From Octopus sinensis (taxonomy: Eukaryota): a stretch of 64,000 nt of DNA. This document shows positions 1 to 12,399 of this stretch, piece by piece (the stretch's first letter is position 1; each line of letters begins with the position of its first letter). The notes below the pieces were generated by a model that had not been told where the DNA came from, searched no databases, and worked only from the letters and a program-made list of their open reading frames with translations. The stretch is from assembly GCF_006345805.1 (NCBI RefSeq), contig NC_043005.1:17360001-17424000 (forward strand). The letters run 5' to 3'. The position numbers were made by a program, and so were the translations under genes.

Positions 1-275
1 CGCGTTCGCCACCACAACCTCGTTTAGGCTTAACATCCCTTCCTGTTTGTCTTCACTGTCCTGTTTGTGTTACCAATTTTGACCCTCCGCAAAATCCCAA
101 ATTTGATTTAATTTGGTTTGCGGCAGCAACTGTTTTATCGAAAGCGGCTCCTGTTGCTAAATGCTCGAAATACAAGAGTAGAAAGTCCTTATCTCCATCT
201 CATCATAATTCAGTGCAATCATTAACAGTACTTTCAAGCAATTCAGCCCCGAGCATCGCCGGGCAATTCTGCTAG
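1..275 (+). mobile_element. 3' end of a Helitron-like element
   Basis: Hairpin CCCG-AGCATCGC-CGGG (248-263), then CTAG (272-275) followed by T: the canonical Helitron 3' signature, with the same hairpin as the two copies below. Confidence 0.6.
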
Positions 276-294
276 TGTGTATATATAAATACAG

Positions 295-640
295 TGTATA
301 TTTAAACACATTAGAGGTATCACGCATAGGATACCTGGCACGCTAGAAGGAATAGCCAAAATCCAAACCACTATTAGGGATAAATTTCGAAGGGAATGAA
401 AAATAATAACATTTACCATCTATCTCCTGGACCATGGTTTCTGCCTTTAACTTAGCAAATAAAATAATTTGCTAGGCAAAGTCTTCAACAACAGGTACTA
501 GATTAAACATATAAACACTAGGCAATCCAGCATATGCCCCGTGGTTATATATTATAATTTTTCAAATCTTCCGCGGAACCGCAGTTTTTTGTCGGCAGAA
601 AATGGAATAATGCCGGCTTTACTTCGAAAATTTGCCAAAA
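295..640 (-). mobile_element. Interspersed non-coding repeat with a degenerate hammerhead motif (426-495)
   Basis: Reverse complement aligns by eye with 21490-21842; minus strand reads CCTG-TTGTTGA-long stem II-GAAAC-CATG-GTC-CAGG. Confidence 0.5.
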
Positions 641-672
641 AAAATTATTAATTACATATATATATTTGTATA

Positions 673-1064
673 TCTTTATATATAAAAGTGAAGTTGTGTG
701 TCTGTCTCCTACGATTTAGATTCCTAACTACTCCCACATTTTGCGGTGCAGTTTAACCAAAACCGGGTATCTTATAGTCGTGATTCATATCGAGCCCTTC
801 TGGGTATTAGCGCGCGTCTACGATGAGTCTATGATTTAAAAAAAAAATTACCATAAATTTTTTTTGCATTTTTAATGCATTTTTGGTATATATAAGGGAA
901 GTAACTCTCTAAAAATTTATTATTAAATCTCAGAACGTAAAAAGCTACAGTAACCCCCCCCCCCTTGTGGTTAGCTATATTGAGATGGCTCTTATACTTT
1001 ACATCTCTAAAAATGCTTATATAGTTATTTCCCTTACAAACCCGAGCAACGCCGGGTGATACTG

Positions 1065-1068
<4 letters not shown>
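673..1068 (+). mobile_element. Non-autonomous Helitron (TCTTTATATATAAAA... family), copy 1
   Basis: A|TC 5' end, homology to 2182-2580, 3' hairpin CCCGAGCAACGCCGGG and degenerate CTRR end. Confidence 0.7.
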
Positions 1069-1134
<66 letters not shown>

Positions 1135-1541
1135 GTGTAAGTGGTATACAAAACTTACAGTCTTTGATTATTGTAATCCATATGGCTTTACAAACTTTTT
1201 AATTATTGCAGTCTCTCAAGCATTACGTATAACATTTGAGAATTGCAGTCTCAGTGACAGTACAACCTTTGATTATTGTAGTGTATGTCACTTGACCGTC
1301 TTTGATTATTAAGTTTATGGAGCGCGCCACTTGTTTATTAGCATAATCTAAATGGTTTCCCACTATTTGATTAGTGCGGTCTATGTGGTTTCAAAGCGTG
1401 TGATTACTGCGGCACGTGTTGGCACGTGTGGCTTTGCTTACTAAGGATCCCAGAATTATTTGCATGGCAAAAATCATGTTCAGATGCTTGTACAAGAACA
1501 TTGAGATTCTAGCTTGATGTTCGGATATTTCTATTGGGGAA

Positions 1542-1921
1542 GCACTCCGTCGGTTACGACGACGAGGGTTCCGGTTGATCCGAATCAACGGAACAGCCTG
1601 CTCGTGAAATTAACGTGTAAGTGGCTGAGCACTCCACAGACACGTGTACCCTTAACGTAGTTCTCAGGGATATTCAGCGTGACACAGAGAGTGACAAGGC
1701 TGGCCCTTTTGAAATACAGGTACAACAGAAACAGGAAGTAAGAGTGAGAGAAAGTTGTGGTGAAAGAGTACAGCAGGGATCACCACCATCCTTGCCGGAG
1801 CCTCGTGGTGCTTTAGGTGTTTTCGCTCAATAAACACTCACAGCGCCCGGTCTGGGAATTGAAACCGCGATCCTATGACCGCGAGTCCGCTGCCCTAACC
1901 ACTGGGCCATTGCGCCTCCAC
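1542..1921 (-). mobile_element. tRNA-derived SINE family C (tail type 1)
   Basis: Minus-strand head GTGGAGGCGCAATGGCCCAGTGGTTAGGGCAGCGGACTCGCGG with A-box and B-box-like GGTTTCAATTCC; second copy at 4732-5112. Confidence 0.8.
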
Positions 1922-2181
1922 ATGGATGTTTCTATTAGAGATGGGGGGGGTAACATGAATGATTGGTTTAATGTATCCATACTCCCGTTTTCTATTGATT
2001 TTGTTGTTCCATAATAAAGTGTTTAACAAGCGATCAAGGTATGTTGCTCAGCTTCGGTTATATTGCATTCAACTGATGAGAAGTTAGTCGCAACACATTA
2101 AAGGATACGTCGACAATACGATAAAAAATCCCCAACGTATTTAAACGTCTCTTTTGACGCAAAATCATGAGAGAACAGATA

Positions 2182-2580
2182 TCTTTATATATAAAAGAGA
2201 GGTTGTGTGTCTGTCTCCTACGATTTAGATTCCTAACTACTCCCACATTTTGCGGTGCAGTTTAACCAAAAGCGGGTATCTTATAGTCGTGATTCATACC
2301 GAGCCCTTCTAGGTATTAGCGCGCGTCTACAATGAGTCTACGATTTAAAAAAAAATTTACCATCATTTTTTCCATTTTAATGCATTTTTTCGCTATTATA
2401 TAAGGGAAGTAACTCTCTAAAAATGTCTACGATGAGTCAACGATTTAAAAAAAGAATTACCATAATTTTTTTTCCATTTTTAATGCATTTTTTTTTGCTA
2501 TTTTTTGGTTATAACTCTCTAAAAATGCTTATATAGTTATTTCCCTTACAAACCCGAGCAACGCCGGGCGATACTGCTGG
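2182..2580 (+). mobile_element. Non-autonomous Helitron, copy 2, with internal ~105-bp tandem duplication
   Basis: A|TC ... hairpin ... CTGG|T, i.e. inserted between A and T with no TSD. Confidence 0.75.
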
Positions 2581-2964
2581 TTTTGTCTAATTATCTAGTA
2601 AAGCAGACTGAGAGATTATGTCTCAACATTTCCTGGATGGGAATCTCGGACCAAACGGAATATACTGCTATTAGTTTACTTAATGCCTATTCCAGACAGT
2701 AGACAGTTTCCCAGGGCGGAGGAAGAATACCGCCTTCTGCAAACAACTTCACTTCGCAAGCATAAACACGCAAAGAAATGCTTACCGCCGAATCGAACAT
2801 GCATGTTTGAAACTGATGCACCAATATTTTATTTACTAGACGAGTTCGCCAGTCTATGAAGGCCCCCAACATCTGATCCTATTTCCTTATTTTGCCAGGG
2901 TGAAACTCATAAAAGTCGAACTATAGGAGGGCGTTTCATATTTCATATAAAAATAACAGATCAT

Positions 2965-3376
2965 ATGTATGTATGTGTGTTATGTATGTATGTATGTATG
3001 TATGTATGTATGTATGTATGTATGTATGTAGTATGTATGTATATGTATGCATGTATGTATGTATGTATGTATGTATGTATGTATGTATGTAGTGTGTATG
3101 TATGTATGTGTAGTATGTATGTATGTATGTATGCATGTATGTTATGTATGTATGTATATGTATGCTATGTGTGTATGTATGTGATGTATGTAGGTATGTA
3201 TGTATGTATGTATGTATGTATGTATGTATGTATGTATGTATGTATGTGTATGTATGTATGTATGTATGCATGCATGCATGTATGTATGTAGCATGTACAT
3301 ATGTATGTATACACATATACGTATCTATTTGTATACATATAATGTACATCTCTCTCATTTTCTTTCTCTCTCTTTC

Positions 3377-3407
<31 letters not shown>

Positions 3408-3419
3408 TATATATATATC

Positions 3420-3455
<36 letters not shown>

Positions 3456-3660
3456 GTATATATATATATATATATATGTATATGTATGTGTGTGTATACA
3501 TACATATATATTCTACGTTTCTATCCATTTATCTATCTATCTATATAAATATACAATATATATATGTGTGTGTGTGTATATATATACACATATATATGTT
3601 GTATATTTATATAGATAGATAGATAGATAAATGGATAGAGACGTAGAATATATACATATA
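2965..3660. repeat. Compound (TATG)n/(TA)n/(GATA)n microsatellite
   Basis: Direct reading; source of the MYVC/YIHT pseudo-ORFs. Confidence 0.95.
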
Positions 3661-4203
3661 TATGCACGTGTGTGCGTGTGTGTTCGTGTAAACAATCCGC
3701 AGACGTGTATACATACACTCTGAAGTAAACATCACGCCCTTTATAGTACACTATATACATACCTTTAGACCTACTACACTCACACACACATGTATGTATC
3801 CATGTATGTATGCCTATGCTTGGGTGCCTACGCGCGTGTGTGTGTGTGTGTGTGTGCGTGTGTGGTGTCGTGCGTGTGTGTGTGTGTGTGTGTGTGCGTG
3901 CGTGAATGGGTGAGCGTATGTGTGTAAATAAACACAAATTTTATATTGAGAAAGATCTGTATAGAATTGAACATAAGTCAAATAAACAAGATATAGTGTT
4001 GATATGTGGTTCTTCCAGTGTATATTAGTTCAACACTTGTCACACTGCCCATCTGCCTTCAGCTAATATATACTTCGTGTTTAGATTATTATGAACTCCT
4101 CCTTAACATATGGATGCAAGGCATCAAGGTCGAAACGTTCTATTTGCACTCTTCGGTGATGATTTAATACTTAAACGAAGATGAGTTCCAGTTTATAAAA
4201 CTA

Positions 4204-4637
4204 TTGGGTTGTCCGGAAAGTTCGTGCCGATTTATAGCAGCTTACCTTTCGACTTATTTTAGAACATGGTTGAGTCCATAAAATAGGATTTGACTACACC
4301 TCCGTTTAGAGCACAGTTTAAGCTATCTTTTCGTAGAGGAAGGTTTGTGTTCCTATAACCTGTGTTAATTCTGTAACCCTTTAAAATGGAAGATAAGAAA
4401 GTTCATTTTCGGCACTTGATGCTTTGGGAACCAGACAAAAATTGCTGCAGCTCGGCTGGGATGTGTTACTCCCACCCTCCATATTCACCAGATATTGCCC
4501 CTTCGGATTTCCACTTATTCAGGTCTCTGCAGAATAGTCTTAATGGTAAAAATTGGTTGATTAAAAATGTAATGGCAAGTATTTATTGACCTTTTTCTTT
4601 CTTTTAAAAACCGGCACGAACTTTCCGGACAACCCAA
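4204..4637 (+). mobile_element. Internally deleted mariner element
   Basis: 26-bp TIRs TTGGGTTGTCCGGAAAGTTCGTGCCG, TA flanks; transposase N-terminus MEDKKVHFRHLMLWE joined to the HPPYSPDIAPSDFHLFRSLQNSLNG (YSPDLAP-type) motif. Confidence 0.9.
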
Positions 4638-4731
4638 TATATTAGAGATGTGAGTAATCATATGTACGTTCATACATGCATAAACATACACACCCGCACA
4701 CACATACGCACGTGTATGCGTGCGTACCGTG

Positions 4732-5112
4732 GCACTCCGTCGGTTACGACGACGATGGTTCCAGTTGATCCGATCAACGGAACAGACTTCTCGTGAAATT
4801 AACGTGCAAGTGGCTGAGTACTCCACAAACACGTGTATCCTTAACGTAGTTCTCGGGGGAGATTCACCGTGACACAGAGTGTGAGAAGACTGGTCCTTTG
4901 AAATGCAGGTACAACAGAAACAGGAAGAAAGAGTGAGAGAAAGTTGTGGTGAAAGAATAAAACAGAGTTCGCCACTAACCCCTGCTTGAACCTCGTGGAG
5001 CTTTTAGGTGTTTTCGTTCACTAAACACTCACAACGCCCGGTCTGGGAATCGAAATCGTGATCCCACGACCACGAATCCATTAATGTAGCCACTGGGCCA
5101 TTGATCCTCCAC
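4732..5112 (-). mobile_element. SINE family C, older copy
   Basis: Colinear homology to 1542-1921. Confidence 0.75.
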
Positions 5113-5333
5113 ATGTGTGCGTATACGTGTAAGGTGTTTGATAAGCGATCGACGTATGGTGCTCAACTTCGGTAATATTGCATTCAACTGTTTGTTACTG
5201 TTTGTCATTATAAGTTATGTATAAAAAAAAATTAACATCGGTCTGAAGGATTTTATAAATACTTTTCATAGAGTACATGTTTATTAAACTTCGAAGTCAA
5301 TTTTTCCTCTCTCTCTCTCTCTCTCTTCTCGTC

Positions 5334-5365
<32 letters not shown>

Positions 5366-5438
5366 GTATGTATGTATGTATGTATGTATGTATGTATGTA
5401 TGTATGTATGTACGTAAGTATCTATCTATCTCTGTCTG

Positions 5439-5553
<115 letters not shown>

Positions 5554-5628
5554 CAGCTGAAATTTACAGAAAAACAGAAGACGAAGACAGGTGTATGAGC
5601 AACAAACAGGTATACTGGTTTGACGTTC

Positions 5629-5862
5629 GGCGAGCTGGCAGAATCGTTAGCACGTCGGGCGAAATGCTTAGCGGTATTTCGCCTGCCGTTACGTTGTGAG
5701 TTCAAATTCCGCCGAGGTCGACTTTACCTTTCATCCTTTCGGGGTCGATAAATTAAGTACCAGTTACGCACTGGGGTCGATGTAATCGACTTAATCCGTT
5801 TGTCTGTCCTTGTTTGTCTCCTCTGTGTTTAGCCCCTTCTGGGTAATAAAGAAATAGAAATA
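5629..5862 (+). mobile_element. SINE family B (Nin/Deu-like central domain) with 14-bp TSD
   Basis: Head GGCGAGCTGGCAGAA...GAGTTCAAATTCC; core GCCTTTCATCCTTTCGGGGTCGATAAATTAAGTACCAG resembles the Nin/Deu SINE domain; direct repeat GGTTTGACGTTCGG at 5617-5630 and 5863-5876. Confidence 0.85.
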
Positions 5863-5935
5863 GGTTTGACGTTCGGGAAAGTGAGAAAGTCTCTCTCTGT
5901 CCTTTCTCTCACTGTCCCTCTCTCTCTCTGTCCTT

Positions 5936-5976
<41 letters not shown>

Positions 5977-6057
5977 CTATCTATCTATATATATATATAT
6001 ACTATAAAATATAATACTGTATAATATAATATATTATATAATATAATTATATATATT

Positions 6058-7165
6058 ATGACCTGGGATATTCAGCAAAGAATGTCCCTATACTACCAAA
6101 CGAACTCTACACAAGGATACTGCTAGAGAGAAGAATAGATTTGATCAGGTGGATGAGATGGAAGGCTTTTTACTTTAACCAACCCAAATCATCAACGGAA
6201 GCTGAATATGTTGGGCTTAAATGTAGGAAGTTCCCATCTCAGATCAAGGAACTGGAAGCCTTTGAAAACGACCTGCTGGATATAATACCCCGCCTGAAAT
6301 TCCAAAGTCCCCAAACCCTTTCCAAAATAAGACACCCGCAAGCTTAAATCTTCTGATAGGATCATTCTCTACTCCGACAAACCAAAAATCTATATAGGGT
6401 AAGTAGTGATAAGTAGTGACACACACGCACAGCTCCTTAGCAACAGCATCACACAAACGTACACGTGGGCCACTCCCCAACGCACACATATGATAGTAAT
6501 AATCAGGAAACCAGAGATATAGCTTTTAAACTAGGTATAGAAGATAGGGTAGAGACTCTGGCGAAGAAAGAGGCCTTCATAATGATCAAGGGTCATAAGC
6601 CTAACTTTGCCTCTAACTCTAAATGCAGGCTGATAAACCCTGAGATAGGTCAGGTGAGCAAATAACTCATCAGAAAGATCTGTAACGGCATTAGAAACGT
6701 CTCTGACATCGCCCTATGACACATCACCAACGAGATCATTACATGGTTTAAGGCCAACAGCGGCAGGGGTAGAGCTAGGTTTGATATAGTGGACTTCTGA
6801 TATAGTGGAGCTCCTGTTAAAGGCAGTAGACTTCGCTAGAGCCTTTACTGAGATCAACGGCGAGGACAAACGCATTATCATGCACGTCAGAAGAACCCTA
6901 CTCTTCAGTAAGGGGTCAGCTTCGATCAAACGTACCGACCCAGAGTGCTCCTTAGACGTGGCAATGGGTGCTTTTGACAGTGCGGACTAGCTTTGGCCCC
7001 TTCAAGAACTACGCGCTGGTAATTTCAAGAGGAGCTAACAGCCACACGCTGGATGAGCTCAGAAAAGATCTCACGAGCACCATGAACTCCTTCGGATTGA
7101 AGGTCACTATTGAGACCAACCTAAAAACAGTTGATTTCCTTGACGTGACCCTGGACTTGGATAGA
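6058..7165 (+). pseudogene. Penelope-like element reverse transcriptase, frameshifted and deleted
   Basis: Motifs RWMRWKAF, IKELEAFENDL, HKPNF...CRLINP, FDIVDF, LDVAMGAFDSA and VDFLDVTLDL across several frames; the catalytic YxDD region is degenerate. Confidence 0.85.
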
Positions 7166-7820
7166 TAGATAAATAGATAGATATAATATTCATCGATAAG
7201 ATAAGTAACGTTTTTTATTTAACAATATTATTTAATTTTTGAATTGTATTAAGTTTGATTATTATTATTATTGTTAAAATATTAATTTATATATAATTTC
7301 TTGATAATTATTTGTTACGATACGTATATCAATTTAATTTATTGTTTATTATTATTTTTATAATGTGATTTAACATATTACCTATAATTTACTTTAAGAT
7401 ATAGTTTTGAAAGACAATATATTATTTAATAGTTAGGAGGTCTATTTGTTACGTAGTATTACATTTAAGTAAATAAGTTTAATATTAATCGATATTTTGG
7501 TCAACTCTATAAGTGAGTGAATATTAAATCTATATATACTATATATAAATTAATAATATAATAAGTTTATGTAGTAGGTGTGTATATATTTGAACCATTT
7601 TCTATTTTTAATTCTAATATTTATAGCTTGTACTAGCATTATGTATATAAAATAACATGAAGTTTTTTAGTATATATTACTTAATTAGAATAAGACTTAA
7701 TTAGATGTTTATTAAATAATAAATAAATAAATTAATAATTTAATCTAATGTATATAGATTAAATTATAGTATTTTAATTTTCACTTAATGATTATTTTGT
7801 ATTATATATATATATATATA

Positions 7821-7851
<31 letters not shown>

Positions 7852-8109
7852 GGGTGATGTGTGTGTGTGTGTGTGGTTGTTTTAAATAATTTAATTAATT
7901 GTATTTTATTTTCTAGTAATGATATATTATAGTTTGTTTTTCTTTTCTATATATGTTAAAATTTTATTTTTATAGCTATAATAAATATTTATACCTCTTT
8001 ATTCTATATTTATTTACAGTAAAATATATTTGTTAAGATATTTTGTATTTTACACGATTATATACGTATATTTTTATATTTTTAAAAATTATTTTATTGT
8101 TTTTATCTT

Positions 8110-8192
8110 TGACCTGAAGAGTGCCTATATTTAAATTGAATTGATTTTACTGTTATCATTTCTTAAATATAGCCACGAAACACGTGTAGTCA
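8110..8192 (+). ncRNA. Type I minimal hammerhead ribozyme motif
   Basis: TGAC-CTGAAGA-GTG(C)CTATATTTAA...TTAAATATAG(C)CAC-GAAAC-ACGT-GTA-GTCA; ~950 bp downstream of the Penelope-like RT. Confidence 0.65.
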
Positions 8193-8440
8193 TTTTATTT
8201 ATTATTTTTCACATTACTTAATCATTGGTATATGTTTTTTATCTTATATTTAATTTTTTCTATAGGATGTAATTTTTTTCTATATGGTATAATTTGATTT
8301 TTTCATTGTTAAATCGATAAAAAGTGTCTTTTTCTAACTTATATATACCTCCTTCTTCCCTTCTTTCCTGAGCGTCCAATAATACTTTATTTGTTCCACG
8401 TCCTTGCGTTGTTGTGTTTTTTGTTTTCTTGTTTGGTTTA

Positions 8441-8477
<37 letters not shown>

Positions 8478-8832
8478 TTGTGAAATATATGAGAATGAAA
8501 TGACAAAGGAATAAATGATTATGTTATGAACTTCATTAGCTTTCAGCAGTTTCTGCTATAAGATGCAGTGGACTCATAGTTCAGTGCCTGAGTAACACCT
8601 TATAGCTTCGTCGGAGCCACGAATATGAAGTGTAGTTTATTTGGGAAAAGAATTATTACATTTATGCATATAAACAGGAAAAAGTATTGCCGATCAGAAA
8701 GCAAACAACTAATTAATCTTATTCTATGAATATAATGACATTAATTTGAAAATGCGTATAAAAATGGGTATATCATGTTTAAGATAAGAGTAATTAGATC
8801 CAACAGTAAAAATATACGTATCTACACTCACA

Positions 8833-8932
<100 letters not shown>

Positions 8933-9305
8933 AGCACATACACACACGCGCTCACATACATATAACCATCCATATACAGACGCGCAAGAAACACGTACAG
9001 ACAAATGTATATACACATATATGCAAAAATATATACACACACGCATACACACAGACACAGACAAACAAACAGACAGATAGACACACTCACACACACACAC
9101 ATAAATTCTAACAGTGATTGTAAAATGAATGGAATGTCAATTAGCCTTTCAGACGAATACCGTGGTTAATTTTGACTTTTCGTGATGTATCTGCATGAAG
9201 TATGATATACAGATAGCTATTTTAACCTAATGCTACCTTTGTTGCTTGTAATAGATTGCTATACATATATCATACATACATACTTATATATATATATATA
9301 TATAT

Positions 9306-9412
9306 AAACCTGTTACTCTGAGTTTCCCGTTGCCGTTCATCGGACAGTTTTTACTAGATTCTAGCAAAAACTGTCCGATGAACGGCAGCAGGAAACTTAG
9401 AGTAACAGGTTT
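9306..9412. repeat. ~107-bp near-perfect palindrome; each arm resembles a hammerhead core
   Basis: Arms AAACCTGTTACTC...CAGTTTTT / AAAAACTG...GAGTAACAGGTTT with about 4 mismatches. Confidence 0.9.
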
Positions 9413-9531
9413 TGTTGAATTTTCTGCTGCTTTAAATAAAGCATATTACTCTACCACTGGTATTTGAGTACTCTTTTTTCCACTTATTCACATTTATGTG
9501 TTTACTCCGGTATATATATATATACTAATAT

Positions 9532-9578
<47 letters not shown>

Positions 9579-9878
9579 AGTGAAAAAATGTATGAAAAAT
9601 GGTCAAACTAAAAGCAGACACAGAATGGCAAGTTAAACAAACGTATAATAAATGCGCAGACGTATAGAAAAACGTGTATTAAGTACATAAACGGACGGAA
9701 AACAGACACAGGTCCCTAAATTTCTCATCAGTTGATATACGTTTTTCCGTTCGTTTGAGCATTTATGACACGGCTTCCAAGTAGCCATTCTGTGCCCGTT
9801 TTTCGTTTGTGCATTTACTATACACTTTTTAATTTATTAAGTAACGAAACGCAACGCACCCTGGTTTTTATTAACTGT

Positions 9879-9910
<32 letters not shown>

Positions 9911-9914
<4 letters not shown>

Positions 9915-10686
9915 CATATTACATTAGTAATGAAACAATTGTTCAGGGTCAGTCTATTTATTCGTTATGTTTCACTTTCCTTCCGTTAAATGTAACGTTA
10001 TTTCTAGTTGGAAACATCATTTCTGTGGCTATACTATCGGAGCTATTTTTAGCACTAGAGCTATCCACATAGTGGTAACTCTCTAATATTTTATGTATAG
10101 ATTTGTATTTTCTCCCTAGTTTTCTGTGCTAAGCCACTCGGTGTTACATTAATGGTATTATTAAATTAATATCAATTTTTCACCCTCATTTATAAATTTA
10201 TAAATTTAATTATGCGGCAGTAAATATTTTATTTGATGCAGCATACGTTTCCAAAGAGTCTTGGCATGCTTTTCGCGGGGAATTTTGAGGCATAACTAAA
10301 ACTGCAATTGGTTAAACCGCACGAGTAATTGACGCTCGTGTTGGTCTAATAAATTGTATTTAAGACAAACCTCTGCTGATGATTTATAGATGTTTATGTA
10401 AGTAAAATTACATATTACATTAGTAATGAAACAATTGTTCAGGGTCAATCTATTTATTCGTTATGTTTCACTTTCCTTCCGTTAAATGTAATGTTATTTC
10501 TAGTTGGAAACATCATTTCTGTGGCTATACTATCGGAGCTATTTTTAGCACTAGAGCTATCCACATAGTGGTAACTCTCTAATAATTTATGTATAAATTT
10601 GTATTTTCTCCCTAGTTTTTTGTGCTAAGCCACTCGGTGTTAAATTATTGGTATTATTAAATTAATATCAATTTTTCACCCTCATT

Positions 10687-10693
<7 letters not shown>
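9911..10693. repeat. Local direct duplication of a ~290-bp block (9911-10203 and 10406-10693); related copy at 24861-25075
   Basis: Near-identical sequence read directly. Confidence 0.85.
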
Positions 10694-10718
<25 letters not shown>

Positions 10719-11484
10719 GGCAAATCGAAAATTAAAATAAATAATAACAAATAACAAAACAATAAATGTCAAAAGGAAGTCCACATAGAACGCATTAGCT
10801 TGACGATCATTGAAGGTGGAAATAAGAGTAGGTGTATAACGTTTGAAGCACATCTCTTTGTCAGAAAGAGGAGAAAGGAAAGGTCCGGTGAAGGAGGAAA
10901 AAGTCCAAGCATGTGTGTCGCTACATAACGATGAAAAGGATCCGGGAATCCAGATCCTTTTACGTTCGGAGTTCAAATCCCGCCGAGGTTAACTTTGACT
11001 TTCAACCTTTCGAGGTCTTGTTAAAATAAGTACCAGTTGATTACTAGGGTTCATATAATCGACTTACCCGTTTCCCCGAAGTTACTGGCCAGCTACATTA
11101 TGCCATCAGTGTTACACAATCATTGCTTACAGTCTTGTTTTCCGACTTGTTAAATGATGTGTTTAACCCATATGTTGTTGAAACAGCTGTAACCAAAGAA
11201 TAAATGTCAATACCAGTACCTCCATTCTTTTACTTCTTTTTATATACATATGTATGTGTGTATATATATATATATATATTACAAATGGGGGTGTGTTTGC
11301 ACGTATGTATGTGTATGTATGTATATATGTATATATATTCATACATACACATACATACATATATAATTATTTATACACACACACCCACACACACACACAC
11401 ACATATATATTAATACATACATATATATATATACATACATACATATATATACATATATATATATATATATAATATATATATATA

Positions 11485-11524
<40 letters not shown>

Positions 11525-11616
11525 ATATATGATGTGTATATATATATATATATATGTACACGTATATATGCGGGAAAAAGAGAGTGAAAGAAAGAGCTAG
11601 ACAGACAAGGAGGCAG

Positions 11617-11697
<81 letters not shown>

Positions 11698-11974
11698 AAA
11701 ATGCTAATCACATCATGTACTAGAAACACCAAAGAAGTCTTAAGAAGTTAAACTATGGTTTCTTTTTGTTAAACCTTGTATGTGAAGCATTAAACAGCTG
11801 TAAATATGCCATGTCATTCTCTTTTCCACTCGTGATAACGAGATTGTTATAGCATGTTTTTACGTGTACTATTATGATCGTAGGAAGCGTAGACTATATG
11901 TGTGTATGTGTGTGTGCGTGCGCGTGTGTGTGCATGTGTGTGTGTGTGTGTTTGTTGGTTTCTCGAGCACATAC

Positions 11975-12399
11975 TCTTTACTCTTTACTCTTTTACTTGT
12001 TTCAGTCATTTGACTGCGGCCATGCTGGAGCACCGCCTTTAGTCGAGCAAATCGACCCCGGGACTTATTCTTTGTAAGCCCAGTACTTATTCTATCGGTC
12101 TCTTTTGCCGAACCGCTAAGTGACGGGGACGTAAACACACCAGCATCGGTTGTCAAGCAATGCTAGGGGGACAAACATAGACACACAAACACATGCACAC
12201 ACACTTATATATATATATATATATATACATATATACGACGGGCTTCTTTCAGTTTCCGTCTACCAAATCCACTCACAAGGCATTGGTCGGCCCGGGGCTA
12301 TAGCAGAAGACACTTGCCCAAGATGCCACGCAGTGGAATTGAACCCGGAACCGTGTGGTTGGTAAGCAAGCTACTTACCACACAGCCACTCCTGCGCCT
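11975..12399 (-). mobile_element. SINE family A (tRNA head, CORE-like CTTGGGCAAG box, internal CA/TA microsatellite)
   Basis: Minus-strand head GGCGCAGGAGTGGCTGTGTGGT...GGTTCAATTCC and simple-repeat tail (AAAAGAGT)n; many homologous copies in the window. Confidence 0.85.
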
